21,489 nt of DNA from contig JANRJA010000192.1 of NCBI GenBank assembly GCA_033764315.1, positions 1-21,489 on the forward strand. Direction: 5' to 3'. Below the pieces are notes generated by a model. That model made no database searches. It worked only from the letters and a program-made list of their open reading frames with translations, and was not told the origin of the DNA. This document shows positions 9,151 through 18,514 of the stretch, one piece after another (position 1 is the first letter of the stretch; the number at the start of each line of letters is the position of its first letter). Source of the stretch: Oculatellaceae cyanobacterium bins.114. Its GTDB lineage: Bacteria; Cyanobacteriota; Cyanobacteriia; Elainellales; Elainellaceae. The position numbers were made by a program, and so were the translations under genes.

Positions 9151-10574
9151 GCCCTTGCCTCCCATTCCATCCAAATGTCTTGGATACGAGCGATCGCCCA
9201 ATCAACTGCTTGTTCGGGCGATGCGTTGTCTTGAAGCACTTTAAGAACAGTTTTGCCCCAAACTTTTTGACCTAAAATTTGACTATAAGCCGGATGTAAG
9301 ACTTCATAGGGCAGAGGGCTGGGTTGTGTTTGAATCTTGAGTGCGGCTGAGAGGTGAGGATCTTCAGCATTGCGCCAATAGGGATCTGACAAGAGTTGCG
9401 GCATAACGGGCAGAAACCGACCCTTAAAGCCCTCCTTCAGCAATTGATTGAGATGCGTGGGTTGAATCAAATAGTTGACAAAGTCTTTAGCCGCTTCGGG
9501 GTGTTTGCCTGCTGTGAGCACAATAACCTGTTTGATGCCTTTTCTGGGCTGCATAGGCGTCCCATCCCGTTTTTGTGGCCAATTGACCATAGCGATTTGG
9601 CGGTAGCGATCAAAAGCATCTTGGTTATATTGATTGCGTTCTAATCGTTGGGTGAGGGGAATAGACAAGGTTGGATTATGGGTCATCAAAATTCCACCGT
9701 CTAAAAATCTAAAGTTGTTTCCCGATGCAGTCCAATCAGTTGCATCGGGAGGCACAAATCCCTGTTGATAAAAGCCTGTATATTCCTGTAAAACGTCAAT
9801 AAATTTCTGTCGGTTGTCGGGTTGGGGCAACACCAATTCTCCATCGTTGCTGACCACCGTTGCATTGTGAGCATCTAAAAACCACCGCAGTGACGTAAAC
9901 GTATCGACCCCTGATGCTGACATGCACAGCCCAACACCATAGATCTTGGGATATCCCTGAGCATGCAATTGTTGCTGGGACTGTTGCCAAAATTGCCAAA
10001 ATGCATCCCACTCTTGAGGAATGTCTTGGGTTGTTTGGTTAATACTTTCTAACAAATTAGACCAGCAATGAATATATTCCCCAGCATTACCGATGGGAAT
10101 TGCATAATAATGCCGCTCATTCAAAGTCTTATTACGATACGTCACTTGCAACAGAGTATCTGGAGTATAAGAAGCTTTGTTTTTTTCGAGTACATCTGAT
10201 ACGTCAGTGAGTTGATTTGCCCAAGCGAGCCTGGGGGCTAAATTTGCATCCAGGGAAATGGCAAATACAACATCTGGAACCTGATGTTTTTCTGGCTCTG
10301 CGATCGCTTTTAATAGCTCTTGCTCAAGGATGTTGATCTGCATCAACTTCAAGTTGGCTCTCAATCCTGATGCTTCTTCCCATCGGCGAACCAACTGGCT
10401 CACCCCTGCATTCTCTTCTGGCAAAAAGCCTTGCTCCCACCAAATCATTAGATCGGTTTGATCAATCGGGGCAGGTGTGTCTAAGGAGGTAAATTGGGAC
10501 TGTGGAGTGCAGTTTGATAACCCCATCCCCAACCCAAACAGGGATAGTCGTGTAAAATCTCGCCGGGTGAGCAT
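9147..10574 (-). CDS. Extracellular solute-binding protein (family 1-like), predicted Tat lipoprotein
   Basis: N-terminus MLTRRDF (twin-Arg), hydrophobic stretch and LSNC lipobox. [26 protein letters not shown] and [10 protein letters not shown] are typical of sugar-type ABC SBPs. 475 aa. Confidence 0.85.
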   Translation of the reverse strand: MLTRRDFTRLSLFGLGMGLSNCTPQSQFTSLDTPAPIDQTDLMIWWEQGFLPEENAGVSQLVRRWEEASGLRANLKLMQINILEQELLKAIAEPEKHQVPDVVFAISLDANLAPRLAWANQLTDVSDVLEKNKASYTPDTLLQVTYRNKTLNERHYYAIPIGNAGEYIHCWSNLLESINQTTQDIPQEWDAFWQFWQQSQQQLHAQGYPKIYGVGLCMSASGVDTFTSLRWFLDAHNATVVSNDGELVLPQPDNRQKFIDVLQEYTGFYQQGFVPPDATDWTASGNNFRFLDGGILMTHNPTLSIPLTQRLERNQYNQDAFDRYRQIAMVNWPQKRDGTPMQPRKGIKQVIVLTAGKHPEAAKDFVNYLIQPTHLNQLLKEGFKGRFLPVMPQLLSDPYWRNAEDPHLSAALKIQTQPSPLPYEVLHPAYSQILGQKVWGKTVLKVLQDNASPEQAVDWAIARIQDIWMEWEARA

Positions 10575-11144
10575 GAGCGGTGATGTTAAGAGTGTGGATC
10601 ATCAAGCGTCTTTAACATCTTGATTAGATAGCAAATGCATCGCCCCTCGCCAAACGATCAAGAGAAATCTGCCGATCTCTGTAGCGTATCCCTGGAAAAG
10701 GATTTAGCTCAAATCGTTTATTTAATCCTAACTAAAAAATAGTGTAAGGTAAATAGCTGTAATTTTCTAAATTAATTAGGGGTCGAATACTTAACTAACA
10801 GGTTTTATATCTTTTGTATATCCCTGAGCTAGGGTCTAGCGTGATGCTACCTCGTGTAGACCAGGATTATTGATATAACTCTGATCGAAGTAAAGACTCA
10901 GGGTGATGCAAAGGCTCAGGGCGATCGCACCCTAAAAACATTTGATGAAGATTTGTCCCGTCATGTCTCTAAAGATCTACCGATGGGCTGATCTAAACCT
11001 GTAAGAAGGGCTTGTGTGGCTCATTTCTATGCCAAAACCGTGGCTTTTGGAGCGTGACCAGCGATTGTGGGTGTTGTTAAGGCGATCGCTTTATTTAAGA
11101 AGTGCGATCGCTGTGAGAAAATAGAGCTTTCATGAGACTTATTT

Positions 11145-11468
11145 ATGCCCGCAGCTTACATTCAAGACGAAGCCGAGTTTGATGCTCTTCTGAGTGCAGA
11201 GTCATTGTTTGTGGTAGATTGCACTGCAACTTGGTGTGGTCCCTGCAAATTGATTGCTCCCTTAATTGATCAACTTGCTGATGAATATGGCGATCGCACT
11301 AAAGTCTTCAAATTAGACCTTGATGCTAATAAAGAGGTGGCTAAGCGATATGGCATTCGCAGCATTCCTGCTGTGATGTTTTTCACTAAAGGCGATTTAG
11401 CAGAGACGTTGGTTGGTGCGAAAAAATATGAAGATTACAGTGCTGCTTTGGGTAAGTATCTGGGCTAA
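11145..11468 (+). CDS. trxA: Thioredoxin
   Basis: 107 aa with WCGPC active site, YGIRSIP cis-Pro loop and F-x-KG...VGA. Probably a TrxA/m-type paralogue. Confidence 0.93.
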   Translation: MPAAYIQDEAEFDALLSAESLFVVDCTATWCGPCKLIAPLIDQLADEYGDRTKVFKLDLDANKEVAKRYGIRSIPAVMFFTKGDLAETLVGAKKYEDYSAALGKYLG

Positions 11469-11528
11469 CACTAATCCATTGTTCTTATCCTAGTGTGTTG
11501 AGCCAAAAGCGATGCGGCCCTGGTGCGG

Positions 11529-11554
11529 GCATCTTGCTTACAGGGGCGAGATGC
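11529..11554. repeat. Short hairpin repeat (GCATCTTGC...GCGAGATGC)
   Basis: 9-bp stem with one G:U pair, 11529-11537 / 11546-11554. Resembles a common cyanobacterial GGCATCTTGC repeat. Confidence 0.5.
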
Positions 11555-11556
11555 TT

Positions 11557-11657
11557 ATACCCATTTAGATTGGCTCCGCTGCACATGATTTCGTAAGGGC
11601 GTTTCGCGAAACGCCCTTACCCTAGCTATCTGCCACAATCAAAAATTAAATCGGTAT
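11557..11657. repeat. MITE-like element carrying a perfect 28-bp REP-like palindrome; may also act as a bidirectional terminator between convergent genes
   Basis: Ends ATACCCATTTA (11557-11567) and TAAATCGGTAT (11647-11657) are 10/11 inverted. Core GTAAGGGCGTTTCGCGAAACGCCCTTAC (11593-11620) is a perfect palindrome. Confidence 0.75.
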
Positions 11658-11680
11658 CAGTTTTGGTGCTGGCGATCGCT

Positions 11681-14320
11681 CTATTTAGAAATAACAGGTT
11701 CAATCAGTTGCACAATCGCTTCATCATCAAAGCTTTCAACTAATGTAATGACATAGTTGTAAAAATCGGGATACTCAGGCTCAAACTGAGTCACTTCTTC
11801 TATAATTTGCCGGACAAATCCACATCGTGCTGCATTATGCAAACTCAATAGCTGATTAGCAGGTGGAAATAGAATTGTGTTTTTATCAATTCCATTAGAT
11901 TCAGATTTGGTAGCCGAGTCAGAAATCGTATCTGTGCTATAAATCCACTCTAATTTGAGCAATTGTTGAAGTTGATAAAACAACTCTACGGCTTGAACAG
12001 GTTTAGGGAGAAAGCTGTTTCCCCCAACTTCAATACTATGAAAGCGATCGCTATCAGATACGCTAGCAGAAGACACAATAATAGGAATTGTCCGAAATTG
12101 TTCTGAGTTCCTAATGTGTTGAATGAGTTGATATCCATTGAGCACGGGCATTGCCAAATCAACAATGAGCAAGTCAGGCAGCAAGTGTTCAATCTTCTCA
12201 ATAGCATCTTTTCCGTTTGATGCTTCGCTCACTTTAAATTGCAAAGGTTTGAGCAGGCTAGAAACAACGGCACGATTCTCCCAATGATCATCCACAACCA
12301 AAATATGACGTTGCTGTCCACTATATCCTTTAATTTTTTGCTCTTGCAGCGAACTCTGAGTCGTAACCCACTGGTGGTCACAGGGACAACTGATCGAAAA
12401 CTCAAATGTACTGCCAACTCCGACCTGACTCGATACCTTAATTTCGCTGCCCATTAAATGAATAATATTTTGGCTAATCGTTAGCCCTAATCCAGTTCCT
12501 TCACTGTTTGTCTTGGCATAATCGGTTTGCTCAAACGGCATAAAGATCTTATCTAGATCATCGGGTGCGATTCCAACGCCAGTATCTCTAACCACAAAAC
12601 ACAGATGAGCCATTGATGGATCGGTGTCAGGCGTAAAATCTACGTGGAAACTCACTGTGCCAGAGTTAGTAAATTTAACCGCGTTCCCCAGCAAGTTAAT
12701 CAAGACTTGCCGCAACCGTTTTTGATCACTCGTGATGCAAATGGGAAGATTTTTAGATGAAGAAAACTGAAACCCAAGGTTTTTTTGATCTGCCCCAATC
12801 CGACATATTTTGACGACAGATTGCAAAAACTCAGGAAAATGAAACGTAGCTGGCTCCAGTTCAAGTCGATTGGCTTCGATTTTAGAAATATCTAAGATGT
12901 CGTTAATCAACGTTAAAAGATGAAACCCACAGTTATAGATAACTTCAACTCCCTGCCTTTCAGAAGATGTTAAGACGGGGGAGTCTTGCAAGATTTGAGC
13001 ATAGCCTAACACTCCGTTGAGCGGAGTTCTTAACTCGTGACTCATGTTGGCTAAAAATTGACTCTTGGCGTGATTTGCTGTATCTGCTTTATCTTTGGCA
13101 ATTCTTAGCTCATGGGTTCTCTCTTCGACTCGTTGCTCTAACTCAACCACAGAAGCTTGCAATTGAGAGGTCATGCTTTTTACAGCATGACTTAGAATGT
13201 CTAACTCATCTCCTTCACCTTCAGCTATTTCAGCTTGATTGAGAGGGGTTTGAGTACGACGAAGGGTGTCGTTGACTGTGACCGTTCTACACGTCTCAAG
13301 TAAAGGGTTGAGCCTTTTATTGAGCTGTCGAACAAAAAGAGCCGTCACAATAGCTAGGATTGACCCTGCCCCTAATACACCGCCAAAGGTGATTCGCAAT
13401 GCGGGATAAAGCACCACCGATTTGGGAACAGATGCCAGCATGATCCAATTGGTGCCGTCAATGTGTTCAAACGCCCAATAAGCTGTGTCGGTTTGCACAA
13501 TTCCAGTGGGGCGATCGCCGATCTGTTGCCAAACCTCTGTCAATTCAGTAGCATCGGGCACCTCAGAATAGGTTGCAAGATTACTCGCCTTTTCGGGATT
13601 AGGCGGATAAGCCAACAAATTGCCCTTGTCAGTCAAGATCATAAAGTAGCCCCCACCCCATTCTGGAGGGGATTGCACCTCTTTTGTGAGATCTCGAATT
13701 GTAATATCTAACCCCACCACACCCAATAAATCTCCGTCTCTGGTAAAGACAGGAGCCGTAACAGTGGTCATGGGAATGTTAAACCAGTTGTATGGCTCTA
13801 GCCAGATTGCCTCTCTAGCGTTGACGGGTGCGGTGTAATACACATTGTCAAAGCAGGAAGGCTCTAACTGACAAATATCGGTTAACCGGATGTTGTGTAA
13901 CGGTTTGGGCAGGGGAACTCCGACTTCATTGGGAATCCCCTGCTCATAAAAAGCGTAGGGCCAAAACGTTCGACGGTCAGTAAAAATACGATAAGGAGCT
14001 TGCCCAAATCCTGCGCCAACAGTTAACGAAGACCGTTTTCGCAGCATTTCTATAATGGCTTGTTGATAAACATCAGGGTCTTGCACCCCGATACTTTCTA
14101 AGACAGTCATGGTAGCTGTCAGGCTAATCATGGACTGCTCAGCCTTACCTAACTTTCCCTCAATGTCTTTGACCTGAGTGCTCAAATTATTTTCGATTTC
14201 TTGAATGGCTTGGCGTTCCAACGCTCGATAGAAAAAGAAGGCTGTGCCACCCAGTCCAACTAAGGCTCCCACTAAGACATAGAAAAACAAGCGTGCCCCA
14301 ATGGAGTTTTTGTAGATCAT
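11681..14320 (-). CDS. Membrane hybrid sensor histidine kinase (dCache-HAMP-HisKA-HATPase-REC)
   Basis: TM1 about aa 11-31. dCache hallmarks YY...WLEPY...TVTAPV...GVVGLDI and ILTDKGNLLAYP. TM2 about aa 308-330. [35 protein letters not shown] and REC DLLIVD. Confidence 0.93.
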   Translation of the reverse strand: MIYKNSIGARLFFYVLVGALVGLGGTAFFFYRALERQAIQEIENNLSTQVKDIEGKLGKAEQSMISLTATMTVLESIGVQDPDVYQQAIIEMLRKRSSLTVGAGFGQAPYRIFTDRRTFWPYAFYEQGIPNEVGVPLPKPLHNIRLTDICQLEPSCFDNVYYTAPVNAREAIWLEPYNWFNIPMTTVTAPVFTRDGDLLGVVGLDITIRDLTKEVQSPPEWGGGYFMILTDKGNLLAYPPNPEKASNLATYSEVPDATELTEVWQQIGDRPTGIVQTDTAYWAFEHIDGTNWIMLASVPKSVVLYPALRITFGGVLGAGSILAIVTALFVRQLNKRLNPLLETCRTVTVNDTLRRTQTPLNQAEIAEGEGDELDILSHAVKSMTSQLQASVVELEQRVEERTHELRIAKDKADTANHAKSQFLANMSHELRTPLNGVLGYAQILQDSPVLTSSERQGVEVIYNCGFHLLTLINDILDISKIEANRLELEPATFHFPEFLQSVVKICRIGADQKNLGFQFSSSKNLPICITSDQKRLRQVLINLLGNAVKFTNSGTVSFHVDFTPDTDPSMAHLCFVVRDTGVGIAPDDLDKIFMPFEQTDYAKTNSEGTGLGLTISQNIIHLMGSEIKVSSQVGVGSTFEFSISCPCDHQWVTTQSSLQEQKIKGYSGQQRHILVVDDHWENRAVVSSLLKPLQFKVSEASNGKDAIEKIEHLLPDLLIVDLAMPVLNGYQLIQHIRNSEQFRTIPIIVSSASVSDSDRFHSIEVGGNSFLPKPVQAVELFYQLQQLLKLEWIYSTDTISDSATKSESNGIDKNTILFPPANQLLSLHNAARCGFVRQIIEEVTQFEPEYPDFYNYVITLVESFDDEAIVQLIEPVISK

Positions 14321-14326
14321 GAAGGC

Positions 14327-17300
14327 TTACCTAGAAAACGTTGGCGATCGCAATTCAGACAACAGTTGACGTTCAGTAAAGTGTGTTAGGTAAGTTTGAA
14401 CCAACTCAGTGGGATTGACAACAGCCGTCGATATAGGAAAGGTAGAGACAACCGAATTAGACACTTGCAGGAACGTTTCAAGATAACTGTGAGCATCATA
14501 AAAATGATCAGTCACCAAAGGACGAATGGCGGTTAGGGGGTGTGAGTTATCGATGCACTCCTGGTGAACCCAATCTTGCCATTGTTTATAGGGCACTAAC
14601 TCCACTGGAAAACCAAACTGGTTGAGAGCCTGAATCAGCGATCGCCAGGGTAGAGAGGTAGGATAAACAATATGACTCAGAGCCTTGTCCAGGTGACTTG
14701 TGATCTGACGACAGGCATAGTCAATGGGGATCAGGTTAACAGCACCCTCAAATATTGGGGCTGCCTTGAGTCGAATTATACCTAAAATCAACCGTGCCAT
14801 TAGATCATCGGTCGGCCCTACCCCAGTAACACTATGACCTGTTAACATTCCAGCCCGATGGATTGTCGTTGGAATACCCCTTTCTAAAGCGGTTGTCATA
14901 AGGCGTTCGCCTACCCACTTGGTTTGGGCATAGCCACCCCCAACCTGATTAAAATCAGGAACGCTGGAGTTTTCATCGACTAGGCGATGACTCCGCAGAG
15001 GAAACGGGTTGACATCACACAAAGAGTGCAAAATATCGATGGTTGAAACAAAGTGAACTGGAATTGAGTTTAACCCGGCTAACCGTAAAACCTCCTGAGT
15101 ACCCACGACATTAGCTAACCGCAGTTGCTCATAAGACCGCATCAGATTAACCTCAGCCGCACAATGAAAGATGGTATGAATGCAGCCCGCTAGACCTTTT
15201 AAGCTAGGTAGACCAAACTGAGGTCGCGCCAAATCTCCAGGAACGACTACCACTCGACTGTCTAGCTCACTCGACTCAAGCATAAAGCGATCTAAGCTTT
15301 TTTTAAGGCGATGGAAGCCCTCTTTGGGGTTAGAGGCTCGCACCAGACAAAAAATGGTTTCAGAGGTGTCACGCAACAGCTGGTCTAACAAAAAGCTACC
15401 TAAAAAGCCAGTGGCTCCAGTTAATAAAATGCCTTTTTGAGGCTTAATTGGAAAACTCAGATGTTGTGGAGTAATAGTGTCATGAAGTCGTGCATCTATA
15501 TGTAAATCAGTTTCCATGAAGGGTGATTGCCTTGGTGAATTTTGACAAGAAATAAGATGCACGAGATCTCGAACAGTTGGACTGTTTAAGAACTCAAATA
15601 GGCTGATGGTGACTGAAAATTGCAGTTCAATTTGAGATAAGAGTTGCACGGCTAAGAGAGAGTGTCCTCCTAAGTCAAAGAAGGAATCTTCAATGCCGAC
15701 CTTACAATCGAGCAACTCAGACCAAATCTGACAGATTTGCGTTTCGATAGGGGTTTGAGGAGACACATAAAGTGAATCAAGCGTGCGATCGCCCCCAATA
15801 TCAGGAAGAGCTTTGCGATCAATCTTGCCATTCAAGGTGAGGGGCAAATCGGTTAAGCAACAGATTCGTTGAGGAATCATGTAATCGGGTAAGGTTTGTC
15901 GTAGCAATGCCCGCACTTCTTTGATTAATCGCTGATGTTTTAACTCAGCATAAGGCTCATGCGCGATCGCCTGACCCAACGCAGGAGTCGAGAAGTTAAC
16001 TGCTGTCAGGGGCAAATCATGGCGGCTAAACCGAACCTCATAGCATCCGAGCATAGGGGCAGGATGAAACGAGACACGATAGGACATCTGCTTGCCTAGC
16101 GACTCAAACACTGACAAATCAACCCCGATCAGGGTTGAGGGTTGAGCCATGACTCGTTGCAACTCGGCCACTGAACCTGTAGGAGTGTGGGCCAAATGAC
16201 GCGTAACCGCCAGTTGAGATTGAATTCGAGGGTTTGGAATATTGTAAATTCGTCCAGCGTGAAGGTTTTGGGAAGACAACAATTCTGCGAGTTCCGCGAT
16301 TGAAATGGACTGCTTTTGCCAATCGAGCACAAAATCTAGCTCTGCATCGCTCAACACTGGCTTAGCCTCAGCATACAGAAAAACATCGAACCGATATTGA
16401 GTTAATTCATTGTGATGCTGGCTCCGCTTCAGTTGCACATCAACACTGACCCCTGGTAACTGTTGCGTCAATTCATAGAAGTAAGCTGGGTTCAACAAGA
16501 GTTCATGTTCTTGTTGGATTTGCTGATTGATCAGTTGGTGCAGGGCTGCAATCGAGTGATGCGAAGCAGTCGTCTCTTTAAGAGAATTGCCCGACGCATG
16601 ATAAAGCGCATGTTCAGTATGAAACGCTTCCAACAAAGAGGCATCCCGCACATCGCCAATAAACAGACATCCCCCTGGAGCTAAAAGGGCGATCGCACTT
16701 TTAATCACCTCTGCTAGATAGGCTTGAGACGGAAAATATTGAATAACTGAGTTAATGACGATGACATCAAACTGAGACGAAAGTTCACCCACTTCATGCG
16801 CAGCCAAACAATGCAATGACACCTTTTGCTCAAGGGACGGATTCGTTGCCAGTTGAGTGTGAATATGACGAATTGCCTCAGCCGAAACATCTATCCCTGT
16901 ATAGTGCTCACACTGAGGAGCTAACTCAAATAAAAGCAAACCTGTGCCACAGCCAATTTCTAGAATGTTTTGGGGGTGAACTGAGGAAATCTGAGCAACT
17001 GTGTGTTGTACCCAATCCAACATCTCATCTGTGGTGAATGGCAAACTTGTGACTCGATTGATCCATCCGACCGTATTAAAGGTCGTTGCAGAACTCTGGC
17101 TATAGGTGGCATCCCAGACACTTCTCCAACTCTCAACATGGTTACTAGATTGATTAGCCGTAGGGACAACATAAGCCAGGAGTTGATGATCGTCGGACGT
17201 AGATCGAGCCACGACAACACAACTTTCAACCGCAGGATGCTGGCTAATCGTAGCTTCGATTTCGCCTAATTCCACGCGAAAGCCTCGAATTTTGACCTGA

Positions 17301-18502
17301 TGATCACTTCTACCCAGATATTTCAGATTGCCATCCGGCAGCCAACACCCCAAATCACCCGTTTTATAGAGTCTGCCCAATTGGGAGTGGTGGATAAAGC
17401 GGTCAGCGGTTAGCTGGGGCTGATAGAGATAACCCCGTGCTAACTTAGGACCCTGAATAAAAATTTCGCCAACCTCTCCCTCAGAAACAGGATTTAGGTC
17501 AGCATCAAATAGAAAAATCTCAGTCTGCGGCAGTGGCTTGCCAATTGACGGAGGTTCTGTTGACCCTTGAGTCACGTGCACTACCGTGGAATACGTCGTG
17601 TCTTCAGAGGGACCATACAAGTTATAAACCTGTTGAACATGCCCCAATTCATATAACTGCTGAGCGATTTTGTTAGGTAATGGCTCACCTGCCAGGTTAA
17701 CCACTGTCACAGATGCAGGAATACTTTGAGTTTTTAAGAGAGCCGCTGCTGCCGAAGGAACTGTATTAATCAGTGAAATCTTACGCTGAGTTGTTTCGGA
17801 GAGCTGACTGAGCGTTAAAGCGTTTTCGGTTAAGATAATGGTTCCTCCAGCCGCTAACGTTCCAAAAATTTCAAATACGGAGAGATCAAAACAAATGGAG
17901 GTGCTTGCCAACACTCCACTCAGTTGTTCAGGGCTGAAGAAGTCCAGGATCCACTCTAGGAAAGCGACTGTATTACGGTGTTCGATCGCTACTCCCTTGG
18001 CTTTTCCCGTGGAACCTGATGTGTAGATCACGTACGCCAGATGGTGAGGCTCAGTCTGAGTAGGCAGTGAATGGGTTGGCAAAGCCGCAATATCAGTGTG
18101 TGCAGCGGCGATATCTAGGGTTGGAGTGAGTGAGGATAGGGAATCGCAAACCCCCGCTTTTGACAGTAATAATACGGGGTTGGCGTCACTCAGAATAGTG
18201 GACAGACGATTTAAGGGATAAGACGGATCAAGTGGTAGGTAAGCTGCGCCTGCTTTTAAGATAGCCAACAAGCCAACAATTAAGTCGGGCGATCGCTCCA
18301 AACAAATCCCGACTAAACTATCGGGGTGAAGATCAAAAGTACTTAAGTATCGAGCCAGTTGATTAGAGCGATGATCAAGTTCCTCATAGGTGAGTAACTG
18401 CCCATCAAAATCAATTGCGATCGCGTTAGGGGCTTGCCGGACTTGAGCTTCAAAGAAGGTGTGAATTAGCCTGGAGGTAGGTAATTTTGTTGAAAGGTAC
18501 AC
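14327..18502 (-). CDS. Stand-alone NRPS-like enzyme A(N-MT)-T-R: adenylation domain interrupted by an N-methyltransferase, carrier domain, thioester reductase; no C domain
   Basis: A motifs LTYEEL, YVIYTSGSTGKAKG, FDLS, NLYGPSE, GEIFIQG..LARGY, YKTGDL, GRSDHQVKIRGFRVELGEIE. MT insert ILEIGCGTG, NSVIQYFP, GGCLFIGDVR, NELTQYRFDV. Then A9 LPDYMIP and A10 NGKIDR. T domain FFDLGGHSL. R domain LLTGATGFLG, FVST, GYAQTKW. Likely GTG start at 18502, 6 nt after AAGGAG (the ORF track starts at 18550). Confidence 0.93.
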   Translation of the reverse strand: MYLSTKLPTSRLIHTFFEAQVRQAPNAIAIDFDGQLLTYEELDHRSNQLARYLSTFDLHPDSLVGICLERSPDLIVGLLAILKAGAAYLPLDPSYPLNRLSTILSDANPVLLLSKAGVCDSLSSLTPTLDIAAAHTDIAALPTHSLPTQTEPHHLAYVIYTSGSTGKAKGVAIEHRNTVAFLEWILDFFSPEQLSGVLASTSICFDLSVFEIFGTLAAGGTIILTENALTLSQLSETTQRKISLINTVPSAAAALLKTQSIPASVTVVNLAGEPLPNKIAQQLYELGHVQQVYNLYGPSEDTTYSTVVHVTQGSTEPPSIGKPLPQTEIFLFDADLNPVSEGEVGEIFIQGPKLARGYLYQPQLTADRFIHHSQLGRLYKTGDLGCWLPDGNLKYLGRSDHQVKIRGFRVELGEIEATISQHPAVESCVVVARSTSDDHQLLAYVVPTANQSSNHVESWRSVWDATYSQSSATTFNTVGWINRVTSLPFTTDEMLDWVQHTVAQISSVHPQNILEIGCGTGLLLFELAPQCEHYTGIDVSAEAIRHIHTQLATNPSLEQKVSLHCLAAHEVGELSSQFDVIVINSVIQYFPSQAYLAEVIKSAIALLAPGGCLFIGDVRDASLLEAFHTEHALYHASGNSLKETTASHHSIAALHQLINQQIQQEHELLLNPAYFYELTQQLPGVSVDVQLKRSQHHNELTQYRFDVFLYAEAKPVLSDAELDFVLDWQKQSISIAELAELLSSQNLHAGRIYNIPNPRIQSQLAVTRHLAHTPTGSVAELQRVMAQPSTLIGVDLSVFESLGKQMSYRVSFHPAPMLGCYEVRFSRHDLPLTAVNFSTPALGQAIAHEPYAELKHQRLIKEVRALLRQTLPDYMIPQRICCLTDLPLTLNGKIDRKALPDIGGDRTLDSLYVSPQTPIETQICQIWSELLDCKVGIEDSFFDLGGHSLLAVQLLSQIELQFSVTISLFEFLNSPTVRDLVHLISCQNSPRQSPFMETDLHIDARLHDTITPQHLSFPIKPQKGILLTGATGFLGSFLLDQLLRDTSETIFCLVRASNPKEGFHRLKKSLDRFMLESSELDSRVVVVPGDLARPQFGLPSLKGLAGCIHTIFHCAAEVNLMRSYEQLRLANVVGTQEVLRLAGLNSIPVHFVSTIDILHSLCDVNPFPLRSHRLVDENSSVPDFNQVGGGYAQTKWVGERLMTTALERGIPTTIHRAGMLTGHSVTGVGPTDDLMARLILGIIRLKAAPIFEGAVNLIPIDYACRQITSHLDKALSHIVYPTSLPWRSLIQALNQFGFPVELVPYKQWQDWVHQECIDNSHPLTAIRPLVTDHFYDAHSYLETFLQVSNSVVSTFPISTAVVNPTELVQTYLTHFTERQLLSELRSPTFSR

Positions 18503-18508
18503 GTTTAA

Positions 18509-18514
18509 CTCCTT
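18509..18514 (-). promoter_or_regulatory. Shine-Dalgarno site of the NRPS-like gene
   Basis: AAGGAG 6 nt upstream of the in-frame GTG at 18502. Confidence 0.7.

Noticed and set aside
11145-11468. Thioredoxin as part of the signalling system
   Set aside because: It is on the opposite strand, is a canonical cytoplasmic WCGPC Trx, and cannot directly reach the sensor's periplasmic Cys pair. Only proximity links them.
14327-15430. R domain as degenerate or pseudogenised (a few loops look shorter than usual)
   Set aside because: The frame is intact and the TGATGFLG, ST and YxxxK motifs are all present.
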